The position numbers and the translations under genes were made by a program. DNA of 63,986 bases from a virus. Taxonomy: Duplodnaviria; Caudoviricetes. Of the stretch, positions 38,118 to 46,992 are shown in pieces. How positions within the stretch are numbered: position 1 is the first letter of the stretch; each line of letters opens with the position of its first letter. Under the pieces are notes generated by a model, which was not told where the DNA came from, did no database searches, and saw nothing but the letters and a program-made list of their open reading frames with translations. Location: IMG/VR virus record IMGVR_UViG_3300043392_000024, positions 1-63,986 of that record. One strand, written 5' to 3'.

Positions 38118-38370
38118 CTAAGTATCTGTTTATAGCGTTAGTCAATTGATTGTAGTCTAAGGCGTAAGCCGTTTTGATATCAAAGTATTTTGTTTTCTCA
38201 TTAAACTTTGGGGGCATATCAAAGAATTGGATAGCCAAGTAATGATACGATCCTGCTGACCTGAGAACTAAAATATTCTTTGAGTCTTCAATGTTTATAA
38301 ACGGAAGGTCATTGTCTTTCAAATACTTCCGTATCTTTTCGATAAACGATAGTGTTATTCTAGTTGCCAT
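38110..38370 (-). CDS. Hypothetical protein
   Basis: 86-aa ORF in the operon. Confidence 0.65.
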   Translation of the reverse strand: MATRITLSFIEKIRKYLKDNDLPFINIEDSKNILVLRSAGSYHYLAIQFFDMPPKFNEKTKYFDIKTAYALDYNQLTNAINRYLDA

Positions 38371-38371
38371 C

Positions 38372-38617
38372 TTAATATTCTTTAATTACTTTACAAGTTT
38401 CTTTCTCACTTTGAAATTCAATTAATCGTTCAGCTTGCTCTATTGAATAACAATTCTTGAATTTATGCCACCTTTTTATTAAACCAAAAAATTCCTTTTC
38501 GCAACGCTCTACATGGTATTCATACCTATAAAAAATCTCAGGGATAAAGTCTATTTCATGTTTATGGTTATATTCTAGTTCAGGGAACTTAACTTCTACT
38601 ATTCTATATTTTGCCAT
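38372..38617 (-). CDS. Hypothetical protein
   Basis: 81 aa, starts in a CAACAAGACAATG junction motif. Confidence 0.7.
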   Translation of the reverse strand: MAKYRIVEVKFPELEYNHKHEIDFIPEIFYRYEYHVERCEKEFFGLIKRWHKFKNCYSIEQAERLIEFQSEKETCKVIKEY

Positions 38618-38849
38618 TGTCTTGTTGCATATAAGTTTCTTTGTAATATTGTTCTGGGGTCATCAATTTACCTATAGCCATAGCTACAACAGAATTATGA
38701 AAATCATTTTTTATCTGCTTTTTCTCAACTTCAAGAAGCTCTATGGCTTTTTCTTGGCATAGGACTGCGTGCATTTTGCTTTCGTAGTTTTCACCTAAAG
38801 TATGAATGAACTCAAGCATTTGCATCATTGCTGTTTGTTTATTTTCCAT
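38604..38849 (-). CDS. Small 'KQTA' family accessory protein
   Basis: MENKQTA...EKKQIK...EQYYKETY, similar to 43732..43959 and 46306..46527. Confidence 0.7.
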   Translation of the reverse strand: MENKQTAMMQMLEFIHTLGENYESKMHAVLCQEKAIELLEVEKKQIKNDFHNSVVAMAIGKLMTPEQYYKETYMQQDNGKI

Positions 38850-39174
38850 TGTCTCTTTCTTTTATTTCAGTTTTTGCTGAATGAATTCCGTATGCTACTA
38901 TGTTTTTTAATAATCTCATCTCCATAAATAGTAAGCCGTACTCAATCTGCCTACCTTCTAAAACTGACACTTCTTTAAATACCCATTTATTAGGATTTAT
39001 TACGCCTATATGGTCCTTTATACCCATAGTAACTTCGTACTCTCCATCTCTATATGGCTTAACCGAATATTCAAACTTAATATTCTCGAATTCTTTCTGA
39101 TATTGTAGCGACGATATGATTGATTCAAGATCAGTATTAGCAGGCCGTGTCTTTTCTAGCTTATAATTTTCCAT
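38839..39174 (-). CDS. Hypothetical protein
   Basis: 111 aa, starts in an AAACAACAAGACAATG junction motif. Confidence 0.7.
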   Translation of the reverse strand: MENYKLEKTRPANTDLESIISSLQYQKEFENIKFEYSVKPYRDGEYEVTMGIKDHIGVINPNKWVFKEVSVLEGRQIEYGLLFMEMRLLKNIVAYGIHSAKTEIKERDNGK

Positions 39175-39187
39175 TGTCTTGTTGTTT

Positions 39188-39233
39188 AAGGCTATAACCT
39201 GATTTTTAAATTTAATTTTAAGGGCATAGCCTT
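39188..39233. repeat. 46-bp imperfect inverted-repeat element, copy 1
   Basis: AAGGCTATAACCTGA...TAAGGGCATAGCCTT. Its reverse complement closely matches 46732-46775. Confidence 0.75.
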
Positions 39234-41604
39234 ATAAAAGTTCTAATTGTTCTTTGTATTGAATTAACATCCACTTTCCAGCTGCATCACGACCCTCCTC
39301 AGGGTTATGACCTGTCTTATGCAAAGCATATGTGCGTAGCCACGAGTTGAAGCGTTGCTTGGAAAGCATTCTGAACATCCCATTGTTGTCAATGATAAAC
39401 TTATCGAACGCCTTATCAGGTCTGAACTTCTCATTGAACGGAACCACGGTAGCACCGAACTCAGCGATCCACTCAACGAACTCTGAGTTAGTCTCAGCTC
39501 TGAACTTACGCTCCTTAAGGTTGACAAACTCACAACGGATTAAGCCAGTATGCAAGTAACTCTGAAGCAATTTCATCATGTAGTTATCGAACGCACACCA
39601 ATCATCAGCACCCCAATCATTGAAAAGCAATCGTCCGAACTCATCCTGTGGCGTGAAGTCTTTGGAGTAAAACTGCTTGAACTCCATCTCCCATTTACGT
39701 CTCTCGAAGGAGTTACCCTTACCCTGAATAGCGTAGTTAGTTGTGATGACAACCTTAGGTGACTTATGAAATGGAATCTTTATTGCATCCTTGTTCTTAC
39801 GCTCGATCGTGATACCCTCAGTAATAACCGAGAACAATCGCTCGAAGTCAAAGTTCTTCTTGACATCATCGAACACCAACACCTGGGTGTCAGTAGTTAC
39901 CAACTGATAGGCAAAAGACTTATCGAAGGAGAATGACTTACCATCAATGGTGACCAACTTCTTCATGCGACTAACTCCGTTCATGAACAAGCCCTTACCT
40001 GTACCACCCTCAGGGTTCTCAGATATCACCTCATCGTTAATGATGACAGCCGGGCAATAACCTCCGTTCTTAAATGCGTGCAACAAGAATCCAATTGTTG
40101 ATTCAATCGATGCGATGCGTTTGTCATCGTTGCCACCAATGTTGCGAATGAACTGCTTGTAATCACACTCATCTGAGGGGCAGAAGATGAAGTCACGCTG
40201 AATGACTTGGTCTGCCCAAATGTATCCACCGAGATCCTCATAGTTCAGTAGCGTAGCCGAGTCTTTAGTTACCTTGACCACACCATTGCGATAGTATAGG
40301 TACGCCTCATCCTTGGTGTCCTCAACAAAGTAAATGCTCACCGAGTCAAGCATAGACAAGAAGTCTTCACGGAAGAACCGAGTCTTGTCAGCAAAGTAAT
40401 TGTATACGCTCAGGTCTTGAAAGTTAGTAAGGATATGGTTAAGCACAAAGTCTTTGATGTCATCCTCAGTACACATCTCGATCAAGTTCTGATTGATGCG
40501 AACAAAGATGAAACCTTTGTTGCCCTCAGGAACATACTTGCGATACCCATTCTCTTCCAAGAATCTTTTAAGGTCGTAGTGCACTAATGTAACCACACCC
40601 TTATCGCTCTTAGTCCAGAATATGTTCTTGCTTTCCTCCTCTTCAATCTTTGTTAAGACTGAGTCAATTGTTCCATCCTCAAACCCGGAGGCTTTAAGTT
40701 GAGAACGGACATCCTTTTTTGGCACACCACGATTAAGCTGCACCTTCACCTCGTTGACTCTTTGTGTGTCCTCGAAGTACTTTGTTGCGTGTTGATCCTT
40801 TAACTTGTACGCTGACTCAACAATTGACTTGACCTCTGATTGAGGGAAGTCTTCAGACACAAATCCAGCGAATCTAAACATTGCCTCAGACTTACTTACT
40901 CCGTACTGATTGAACGCAGATGCCAAGATGAAAAGATTGTTGTTCCTTGAGCCACTAACAAAGCCATACTTATTCTCCCACCATTTAGCAAGGCGTGAGA
41001 TAATCTCATCCTCATCATCAATGGGAATGGTAGGTCGCTGATCTTTAGTAACATGATCAATCTCTCCCTCATCTATCTGATTCCAAATATGTGAGTTTAG
41101 ATTAACAAAGATTGTAGGATCGTAAGACTCGTAGCATACACGAGATATATTCTTAGATGTCTTATCAAACTCTTGGCAGTTGTAGTACAACTCAAGGGCA
41201 TTGAAGTATGCCTTATGCTTCTCAGGATTCTCAGGTATCTTAACCAATACCTTAAGTCCATTTCCCGATGGAGAAACAAATACAGAGAATGTATATTGGT
41301 CAGCTGACAATTCCTCCTTCTTAGCCAACATCTCAGCGTGAGAAGGGAAGTTATCGAAGTCCAAACAAATAAGCCCACTATGCTTAAGCAATGAACCATC
41401 ATCACGCTTAGAGAACTTACCGGAGAAACAAATAGCAGGTAAGTCCTGCTTAAGTTTGTTCCGAGTCTCCTTATCTTTTTCCAACCTGATCTTACGAACC
41501 AGGTCTTTCGATTTCCCATCCTTGATGCGAACAAGTATATCAAGCACATCTTTGTGGAAGGGAACCGAAGTCTCTTTTATATTGCGAAAGATTGTAACTT
41601 CCAT
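39232..41604 (-). CDS. Primase-helicase (BT4734/VirE-N-type primase, PriCT-like domain, P-loop helicase, C-terminal winged helix)
   Basis: KQDLPAICFSGKF..HSGLICLDFD..SPSGNGLK, GSRNNNLF, Walker A GGTGKG, Walker B LVFDD, ITTN. Confidence 0.88.
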   Translation of the reverse strand: MEVTIFRNIKETSVPFHKDVLDILVRIKDGKSKDLVRKIRLEKDKETRNKLKQDLPAICFSGKFSKRDDGSLLKHSGLICLDFDNFPSHAEMLAKKEELSADQYTFSVFVSPSGNGLKVLVKIPENPEKHKAYFNALELYYNCQEFDKTSKNISRVCYESYDPTIFVNLNSHIWNQIDEGEIDHVTKDQRPTIPIDDEDEIISRLAKWWENKYGFVSGSRNNNLFILASAFNQYGVSKSEAMFRFAGFVSEDFPQSEVKSIVESAYKLKDQHATKYFEDTQRVNEVKVQLNRGVPKKDVRSQLKASGFEDGTIDSVLTKIEEEESKNIFWTKSDKGVVTLVHYDLKRFLEENGYRKYVPEGNKGFIFVRINQNLIEMCTEDDIKDFVLNHILTNFQDLSVYNYFADKTRFFREDFLSMLDSVSIYFVEDTKDEAYLYYRNGVVKVTKDSATLLNYEDLGGYIWADQVIQRDFIFCPSDECDYKQFIRNIGGNDDKRIASIESTIGFLLHAFKNGGYCPAVIINDEVISENPEGGTGKGLFMNGVSRMKKLVTIDGKSFSFDKSFAYQLVTTDTQVLVFDDVKKNFDFERLFSVITEGITIERKNKDAIKIPFHKSPKVVITTNYAIQGKGNSFERRKWEMEFKQFYSKDFTPQDEFGRLLFNDWGADDWCAFDNYMMKLLQSYLHTGLIRCEFVNLKERKFRAETNSEFVEWIAEFGATVVPFNEKFRPDKAFDKFIIDNNGMFRMLSKQRFNSWLRTYALHKTGHNPEEGRDAAGKWMLIQYKEQLELL

Positions 41605-41834
41605 TGTACTTTTTTAAGATTGATTGTATTATTTATAAAGTTGTACATTTTTGTGCACAAAAAGTGTACAAATTATTTTAAAGTTTGCATAGATAACTAA
41701 TTGATTATTAGTTATTTATATTCTTTAGTGTACAAAATGTACAAAATAAGAGTAATAATTACAAAAAAATAAAAACACACATGGTATTAATTATATATAG
41801 TAAGTAAGTAGCTCCTATTTTGTACATCTTTGTA
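41605..41834. other. Candidate replication origin
   Basis: Non-coding AT-rich region directly upstream of the primase-helicase, with multiple TGTACA repeats, a near-perfect 31-bp palindrome (41641-71) and an IHF-consensus match TAACTAATTGATT (41694-706). Confidence 0.55.
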
Positions 41835-42353
41835 TTAGTCTTCTTTGTTTTCTATGCAGAATAAAATAAATGACTCATGCTTTTCTTTTGTGTCAAGTAA
41901 CTCATTGGTATCATATCTGCGATACATCATTCTTTCTTGATCGTAAACAATGAAGCGGTGAGCTTTCATGTGTTGCTTCTTTGTTATGAATATCAAGTCC
42001 TTATAATGATCCTCATTGTATGACCAATGGTGTTTCTCGAGTCCAGGTTGTGGTGGTTTAATCTTGCCAGACATAGTAGAAGCCCTCTTCTTTTCAGGAT
42101 ATAATAAATGATATCTTAATAAGTTTTTAGGTTTAGCTTTCCCTGTCCCCTCATACAACCTATGGTATTTTTCACGACCTCTCTTCCTTTCCTTTTCAAC
42201 AAACATATTATCTGACGATAATTCAGTATATCGAATCTTAACATCATTCTTAGTGCAATCAATGCACTTATTTAGATGACCATCAAGCATTTGTTTGTGT
42301 TTATAAAAATCTGATAGTTCTTTTTCAATACCACACTTAAAACATTTTTTCAT
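41835..42353 (-). CDS. Zn-finger / HNH-like protein
   Basis: CFKC...CIDC N-terminus and HHWSY..HMKAH. Own TACCTTTG motif on - at 42374-81. Confidence 0.6.
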   Translation of the reverse strand: MKKCFKCGIEKELSDFYKHKQMLDGHLNKCIDCTKNDVKIRYTELSSDNMFVEKERKRGREKYHRLYEGTGKAKPKNLLRYHLLYPEKKRASTMSGKIKPPQPGLEKHHWSYNEDHYKDLIFITKKQHMKAHRFIVYDQERMMYRRYDTNELLDTKEKHESFILFCIENKED

Positions 42354-42408
42354 ATTATTTACTTTTGTTTCTACAAAGGTAACTAAAATAAACTAAAAAA
42401 CTTCCATT

Positions 42409-42726
42409 TTAAAAGGGGAGCTCATCACCCTCCTCAACTACCGGGGCAGCTGCAGGAGGAGGCGTTGGCGTAGATGGTGCTGCCTTTGCAGTAGAGCCAC
42501 CTTCTGATGACCATACTAACTTTCCATTAGCCAAGTAAATTTTAGATGCCTTAGCCTCACGCTCTTCCTGTGTTTGCGACTCGGTAATGGTCAAGATATT
42601 TCCGTATTGATCCGGCTCATCGTTAATAGAGATAGTTACATTTGCGTAAGTACCCTTTTGTCCTTTGACAAATTTGTCTTTAGTGAATTTTGTTACATCA
42701 ATAGATGCTGAGAATAATTGTGCCAT
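42409..42726 (-). CDS. Single-stranded DNA-binding protein (putative)
   Basis: Small beta-rich body, Pro/Ala linker and acidic DELPF tail, within the recombination cluster. Confidence 0.7.
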   Translation of the reverse strand: MAQLFSASIDVTKFTKDKFVKGQKGTYANVTISINDEPDQYGNILTITESQTQEEREAKASKIYLANGKLVWSSEGGSTAKAAPSTPTPPPAAAPVVEEGDELPF

Positions 42727-42738
42727 TTTATTTATTGT

Positions 42739-43011
42739 TTAATTGTTTAACTTTTCTATTTCTTGTTTAACTTTTATGTAATGATCTAGATTGATATTTA
42801 CTCGTGTCATTGAATCTTCATCGTAAGAATATGGGGCTACATTCCAGGATATAAAATCTATTATTTTATCTACTGCTAGAATTGCACATTGTTTAGCTTT
42901 TGCCTTGTCAATTCCTTCGATACCTGTATTTTCAGCAATTCCTAAGTTGTCTTCATACTCAAATAGTGATACCAAATCTTTAGCTTCTTTTATTGGGTTC
43001 ATGTATCTCAT
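42739..43011 (-). CDS. Small 'KEKA..L / KQCA' family accessory protein
   Basis: PIKEAKDLV..AKQCAILAV..VKQEIEKL, similar to 45476..45667 and 45664..45876. Confidence 0.7.
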   Translation of the reverse strand: MRYMNPIKEAKDLVSLFEYEDNLGIAENTGIEGIDKAKAKQCAILAVDKIIDFISWNVAPYSYDEDSMTRVNINLDHYIKVKQEIEKLNN

Positions 43012-43742
43012 AAAGTTTCCGATTTAAAAAACTGAGTGATGTCATCGGTAGCATTTGCTCCGAAGAACTTTTGATAGACCTCGATAGCCTTGTATACTTT
43101 CTCTCGGCCACGATCCATGAACTCATCGCTACATTCAAATAAACCTGTGCGACAGGTATCTTTTTCAACAGCGATGAATACCATAGGCTTACCGAACAAT
43201 TGATTGTATATATATGCTTGACTATCGTAATTATATTTGCGTGCCGAAAAGCGAAAATCATCAAGGTTACCAGTCGTTTTGAGATCAATGAGTAACTCAC
43301 TACCGACTATATCCGACTTGCCTTTCCATTGCACACCACCAATCTCTCCAATAGCAGGCACCTCGTACTCGTTGTCAGCATCACGAATCATATCGTAGAA
43401 GGTGAAGTTACCAAGCAAAGCCTTGACCATTCGATCGATGTCCTCAGCTTCTTTCTGAAGCAATAACATGTCCACACCATGAGATGCGATAGCCTCCTTA
43501 TAAATGTTAGTCGTGCGTGTCGATGCCTCTACTCGTGGGAAGTTAATGATCTTCTCAGGCTCCAGGATCGATGCGTGGAAATAAGACCCAGCAAGCATAG
43601 CCGGAGTCTTATCCTTGTCCTTACCAAACTGCATGGGATTGTATAACAATGCACCGATGTCTGAGTTAGATAAGTAGTTCTTGCCAACACCTGAGTAGTA
43701 CTCGGTGTCGTTGCGTAGGGTTTCTAAAATCTTATTTTCCAT
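43008..43742 (-). CDS. PD-(D/E)xK exonuclease (RecE/exonuclease VIII-like, DUF3799-like)
   Basis: LSNSDI, GSYFHASILEP, KGKSD..IDLKT, YDSQAYIY. Confidence 0.82.
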   Translation of the reverse strand: MENKILETLRNDTEYYSGVGKNYLSNSDIGALLYNPMQFGKDKDKTPAMLAGSYFHASILEPEKIINFPRVEASTRTTNIYKEAIASHGVDMLLLQKEAEDIDRMVKALLGNFTFYDMIRDADNEYEVPAIGEIGGVQWKGKSDIVGSELLIDLKTTGNLDDFRFSARKYNYDSQAYIYNQLFGKPMVFIAVEKDTCRTGLFECSDEFMDRGREKVYKAIEVYQKFFGANATDDITQFFKSETL

Positions 43743-43959
43743 AATTTTCGTTGTAATATTGTTCTGCATCTAATTTGCATTCTATACCCTCAGGGACATT
43801 TGATTGCCAGCATTCTACAAATGCATCTTTTATTTGCTCCTTCTCCATTTGTTTGGCTTGTTCAAATAGCAAATTTTGTTCTTCTGATGTCATATAATCC
43901 CAATAAGTTCTTGTTATTTGGTCATAAAACCATTCTACTGCCGTTTGTTTAGTTTCCAT
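43732..43959 (-). CDS. Small 'KQTA' family accessory protein
   Basis: METKQTAVEW..FEQAKQMEKEQIKDA..AEQYYNENY. Confidence 0.7.
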   Translation of the reverse strand: METKQTAVEWFYDQITRTYWDYMTSEEQNLLFEQAKQMEKEQIKDAFVECWQSNVPEGIECKLDAEQYYNENYGK

Positions 43960-44311
43960 TTTCGTATTGTTCAATTATCATTTTATTTGCAATATTATAT
44001 ACATCAAAGAAGCAATCTAAATCATCTTTAGTTAGTGCAAGTAATCTCGAACCAACACTTCTTAAATCAACGTCAGGTTCTTTGTGATTATAATCTAACA
44101 AAGCAATCACATAACATAATTCTTCACTTTCAAATATTGTAGATTGTATCCTATGGTTATCAGATTGAACAAATCCATCTTCTTCTACATATCCTTTGTT
44201 TAAATAATCATTCTTAAGTCCGTAATATGTATTAGGAAACCATTTTAATATTTCATACCTATCAGTAGTACCACAACTACGACATTGAATACTATTAATC
44301 CTTATGTTCAT
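43949..44311 (-). CDS. Hypothetical protein
   Basis: 120-aa AT-rich ORF. Confidence 0.65.
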   Translation of the reverse strand: MNIRINSIQCRSCGTTDRYEILKWFPNTYYGLKNDYLNKGYVEEDGFVQSDNHRIQSTIFESEELCYVIALLDYNHKEPDVDLRSVGSRLLALTKDDLDCFFDVYNIANKMIIEQYENGN

Positions 44312-44913
44312 TACTTGCGTAGTTTATTGATTGCTTTCTTAGTTGCCTCTGAGATGTCGTACTTAACCGACAACTTTTTGATCACCTCCTCGGTGCTTAG
44401 TCCCATATTGTCAATGACAAAGTTGGACACCTTCTGCCAATTAGCATCGCCTTCTACTAAGGCTACCTTAGATGTAGTCTTAGGCTGTGCCTTAACAGCT
44501 TGCATACTTGAGTCAGACTCCGATGGGAAGTCCTCCTTAGCGTAGATGTTCAACGCCAAGCCATGCAATGCCAACGCCTTCACCGTAGATCGTTGAATAG
44601 TCTTGTTAACCTGCATCGAAGTGATGTTAGCCAAAGGCACAGACTGATTACGCATGTCCATCACAGGTAGGTAGTCAATATGCTCCTGGCCTTGAATCGT
44701 TACACCAACCTTGACCCAAGCAGTTGAGCCATCCGTGAAGTAGTTCATGTGCGTATCACTCTCATAAACTGTGCGAGACATATCAGGAAATAACTTCTTG
44801 CATTCTGCCCAAGCGTGAGCCCAAGATAAGTAGGTTAAGTTACCTCTCTTTTCCGTTTTAGATGAGAGGTTGAGAGCAGACAATTGCTCGAATACTGATT
44901 TTTCTTTTGACAT
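44311..44913 (-). CDS. Sak3/DUF1071 single-strand annealing protein
   Basis: LTYLSWAHAW, YLPVMDMRN, VNKTIQRSTVKALALHGLALNIYAKED. TATCTTTG on - at 44938-45. Confidence 0.85.
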   Translation of the reverse strand: MSKEKSVFEQLSALNLSSKTEKRGNLTYLSWAHAWAECKKLFPDMSRTVYESDTHMNYFTDGSTAWVKVGVTIQGQEHIDYLPVMDMRNQSVPLANITSMQVNKTIQRSTVKALALHGLALNIYAKEDFPSESDSSMQAVKAQPKTTSKVALVEGDANWQKVSNFVIDNMGLSTEEVIKKLSVKYDISEATKKAINKLRK

Positions 44914-44978
44914 AATTGAATTGGATTAAATGTTCGACAAAGATAAAATTAATTTTGATATACACAACAAAGTTCTTT

Positions 44979-45479
44979 TTAGTGTGCAAGAAGTTCTTTT
45001 AATAGTACAACTTTGTATTCAAGTTCAACTAAAGAACCGGCATTTGGTATGATGATATCCGACATACTCCATATGTCAACATCGAAAGATTCTCGAGGTT
45101 CCAATGGTTTCATTGGGTCGAACACACCAATCACCAAATCAAAGATGCCATCATGAGTGCAAGCCTCGAGCTCACGATTGCTACGCATCCCTGTGTAGAT
45201 GTCGTTGTTGTCCATGATGTACTTAGCCAATTGACCTGGATAGTCTTGATTGTACTCACAAATCATATCGAACCACTCAGCTCTGTGGTTCACCCGATCC
45301 TCGAAGCATTCCTCAGGAGTCTTGTACCCATACTTGTCCTTCAATGCATCGTACAGGAATAAGCGTGAGGCAGCTTGCGAACTGCTCTCACTCTTGTATC
45401 CAAAATGCTTATTCATAAATTCTGCGACCGTGTCCTTACCATGACGTGCGTGGCCGATGATACATATTTTCTTTTTCAT
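44979..45479 (-). CDS. Deoxynucleoside monophosphate kinase-like protein
   Basis: N-terminal P-loop IIGHARHGKDT, and GMR...E. Confidence 0.7.
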   Translation of the reverse strand: MKKKICIIGHARHGKDTVAEFMNKHFGYKSESSSQAASRLFLYDALKDKYGYKTPEECFEDRVNHRAEWFDMICEYNQDYPGQLAKYIMDNNDIYTGMRSNRELEACTHDGIFDLVIGVFDPMKPLEPRESFDVDIWSMSDIIIPNAGSLVELEYKVVLLKELLAH

Positions 45480-45667
45480 AGCTTCTCTATTTCTTGTTTA
45501 ACTTCATCTAAATATTTATTGTAACCATCTGTATTCAATGGGTTTTCTCTTGCAAATCCAACCGCAATTAATGCACATTGTTTAGCTTCATAAATTCCTG
45601 TGTAATTTGGTACCATAAATTGGTAATACTTTCCAACTAATTCTTCTGCTTTTTCTTTCTGTGTCAT
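45476..45667 (-). CDS. Small 'KEKA..L / KQCA' family accessory protein
   Basis: MTQKEKAEELV..AKQCALIAV..EVKQEIEKL. Confidence 0.7.
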   Translation of the reverse strand: MTQKEKAEELVGKYYQFMVPNYTGIYEAKQCALIAVGFARENPLNTDGYNKYLDEVKQEIEKL

Positions 45668-45876
45668 ATATTAAATAATTCTTGTTCAACTTGTTCTAAA
45701 TAAGGTTGCGATTCTACATCGCACCACTCAATCATTTTTCTTACTGTACAATGGACGCATAACTTTACTGCATATTTTCTGGAAAATTCATCGTAAATCT
45801 CGTCCATTAATAATGAATTATAATGATCGATTAATTCGTGTGCCATTTCTTTTGGCGTTATATCTTTTGTCCCCAT
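45664..45876 (-). CDS. Small accessory protein, divergent member of the same family
   Basis: TPKEMAHELI..VKLCV..EQVEQEL. Confidence 0.65.
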   Translation of the reverse strand: MGTKDITPKEMAHELIDHYNSLLMDEIYDEFSRKYAVKLCVHCTVRKMIEWCDVESQPYLEQVEQELFNI

Positions 45877-46322
45877 CTGTTGATTCCTTTTTTATTGTAT
45901 TTATAATAATAAACATACAGGTTATAAAACCCATTCTGATTTCTGCGAAGGATTAACTTGTCCTTACACGCATCGCATTGGTAGCTTACCGACTGCGTGT
46001 TCTTAGATCGCATGAAAACTTTGTCAGCATCACACTCATCGTTCTTATGCCCACACTTAGGGCAGTTCAATCGATGCTCAAGGAAGCCTGACCTTACTCG
46101 CTCATCGCCATACTCAGGATCGGTTGGCTTAGCCTTGTAAACCTTAACGAATCCTTTCCGGGTTCTTCTGAATACTAATCTTCTCTCGCATCCAGCACAT
46201 TTGCCGTTCGCTCGCTCTTGCTCATCTTCCGTTCGATCAAAAATATTAATCGCATAGTCGAGGTCAGATTCGTGGCCACAATGTGGGCAGTCAAGCGTGT
46301 TCTTTCTAATAGTGTATCCCAT
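45858..46322 (-). CDS. Tandem zinc-ribbon protein
   Basis: Two repeats of CPxCGH...CxxC..LxxRR...GF. Likely start MGYTIRK at 46322. Confidence 0.7.
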   Translation of the reverse strand: MGYTIRKNTLDCPHCGHESDLDYAINIFDRTEDEQERANGKCAGCERRLVFRRTRKGFVKVYKAKPTDPEYGDERVRSGFLEHRLNCPKCGHKNDECDADKVFMRSKNTQSVSYQCDACKDKLILRRNQNGFYNLYVYYYKYNKKGINRWGQKI

Positions 46323-46527
46323 TGATAATTTCTTTAAATTTTTTGTACAAATATTCTGCGGACTCATTCCAACCTTTCTTGTATTGTTTGGCCATTTGAT
46401 CTTGCTCCATTTCTTTGGCTTGTTTGAAAGATTCTTCATACATATTTCTTAATTGTTCGGAATCAAAACTAACAATACCCAATAGGTGTATGTATAGTCT
46501 ATCTACTGCCGTTTGTTTATTTGCCAT
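46306..46527 (-). CDS. Small 'KQTA' family accessory protein
   Basis: MANKQTAVD..FKQAKEMEQDQM. Confidence 0.7.
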   Translation of the reverse strand: MANKQTAVDRLYIHLLGIVSFDSEQLRNMYEESFKQAKEMEQDQMAKQYKKGWNESAEYLYKKFKEIINGIHY

Positions 46528-46714
46528 TGTCTTGTTGTTTAAACTGAGAGTTCATAAGGTTTCGCATTCTCTTCTTGTAGGCATTCTTCCTCATAGATTT
46601 TTCTTGTTGTTTTGTGAATGGATGACTACTAAAAAAGTTTCCGCACGAGGAGATATATCCTCTAAACTCCTTCATATCTGAGCCATCAGATGATTTACCT
46701 GTGTATAGTGCCAT
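46517..46714 (-). CDS. Hypothetical protein
   Basis: 65 aa, flanked on both sides by the junction motif and ending in KQQDNGK. Confidence 0.65.
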   Translation of the reverse strand: MALYTGKSSDGSDMKEFRGYISSCGNFFSSHPFTKQQEKSMRKNAYKKRMRNLMNSQFKQQDNGK

Positions 46715-46731
46715 TGTCTTGTTGTTTAATA

Positions 46732-46775
46732 AGGTTATACCCTTAAAGTTTTTTAAAAAAATCAGGATATAACCT
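46732..46775. repeat. 44-bp imperfect inverted-repeat element, copy 2, bounded by an 11-bp direct repeat
   Basis: AGGTTATACCCTTA...TCAGGATATAACCT between two TGTTGTTTAAT copies (46720-30 and 46775-85). Confidence 0.75.
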
Positions 46776-46992
46776 GTTGTTTAATGTGATTAATTGTCCA
46801 CTCCACACCAAACTTAAATATTGCATCAAATTCAAATGAATAGCTTGAGTCTTCTATTTTATCGTCTATTTCAAATTCACTTGGTAGTTCGATGGGAGTG
46901 TAATCCCCTAATAAAAAATCTGTAGTTAGCCAAGGAGAAATCCTAGCTTCAATCATTGCGTGCTTTACTTGTTCTTCTGTATATAATTTCAT
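46762..46992 (-). CDS. Hypothetical protein
   Basis: MKLYTEEQV..TPIELPS. Its stop codon is supplied by the IR element. Confidence 0.65.
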   Translation of the reverse strand: MKLYTEEQVKHAMIEARISPWLTTDFLLGDYTPIELPSEFEIDDKIEDSSYSFEFDAIFKFGVEWTINHIKQQVIS

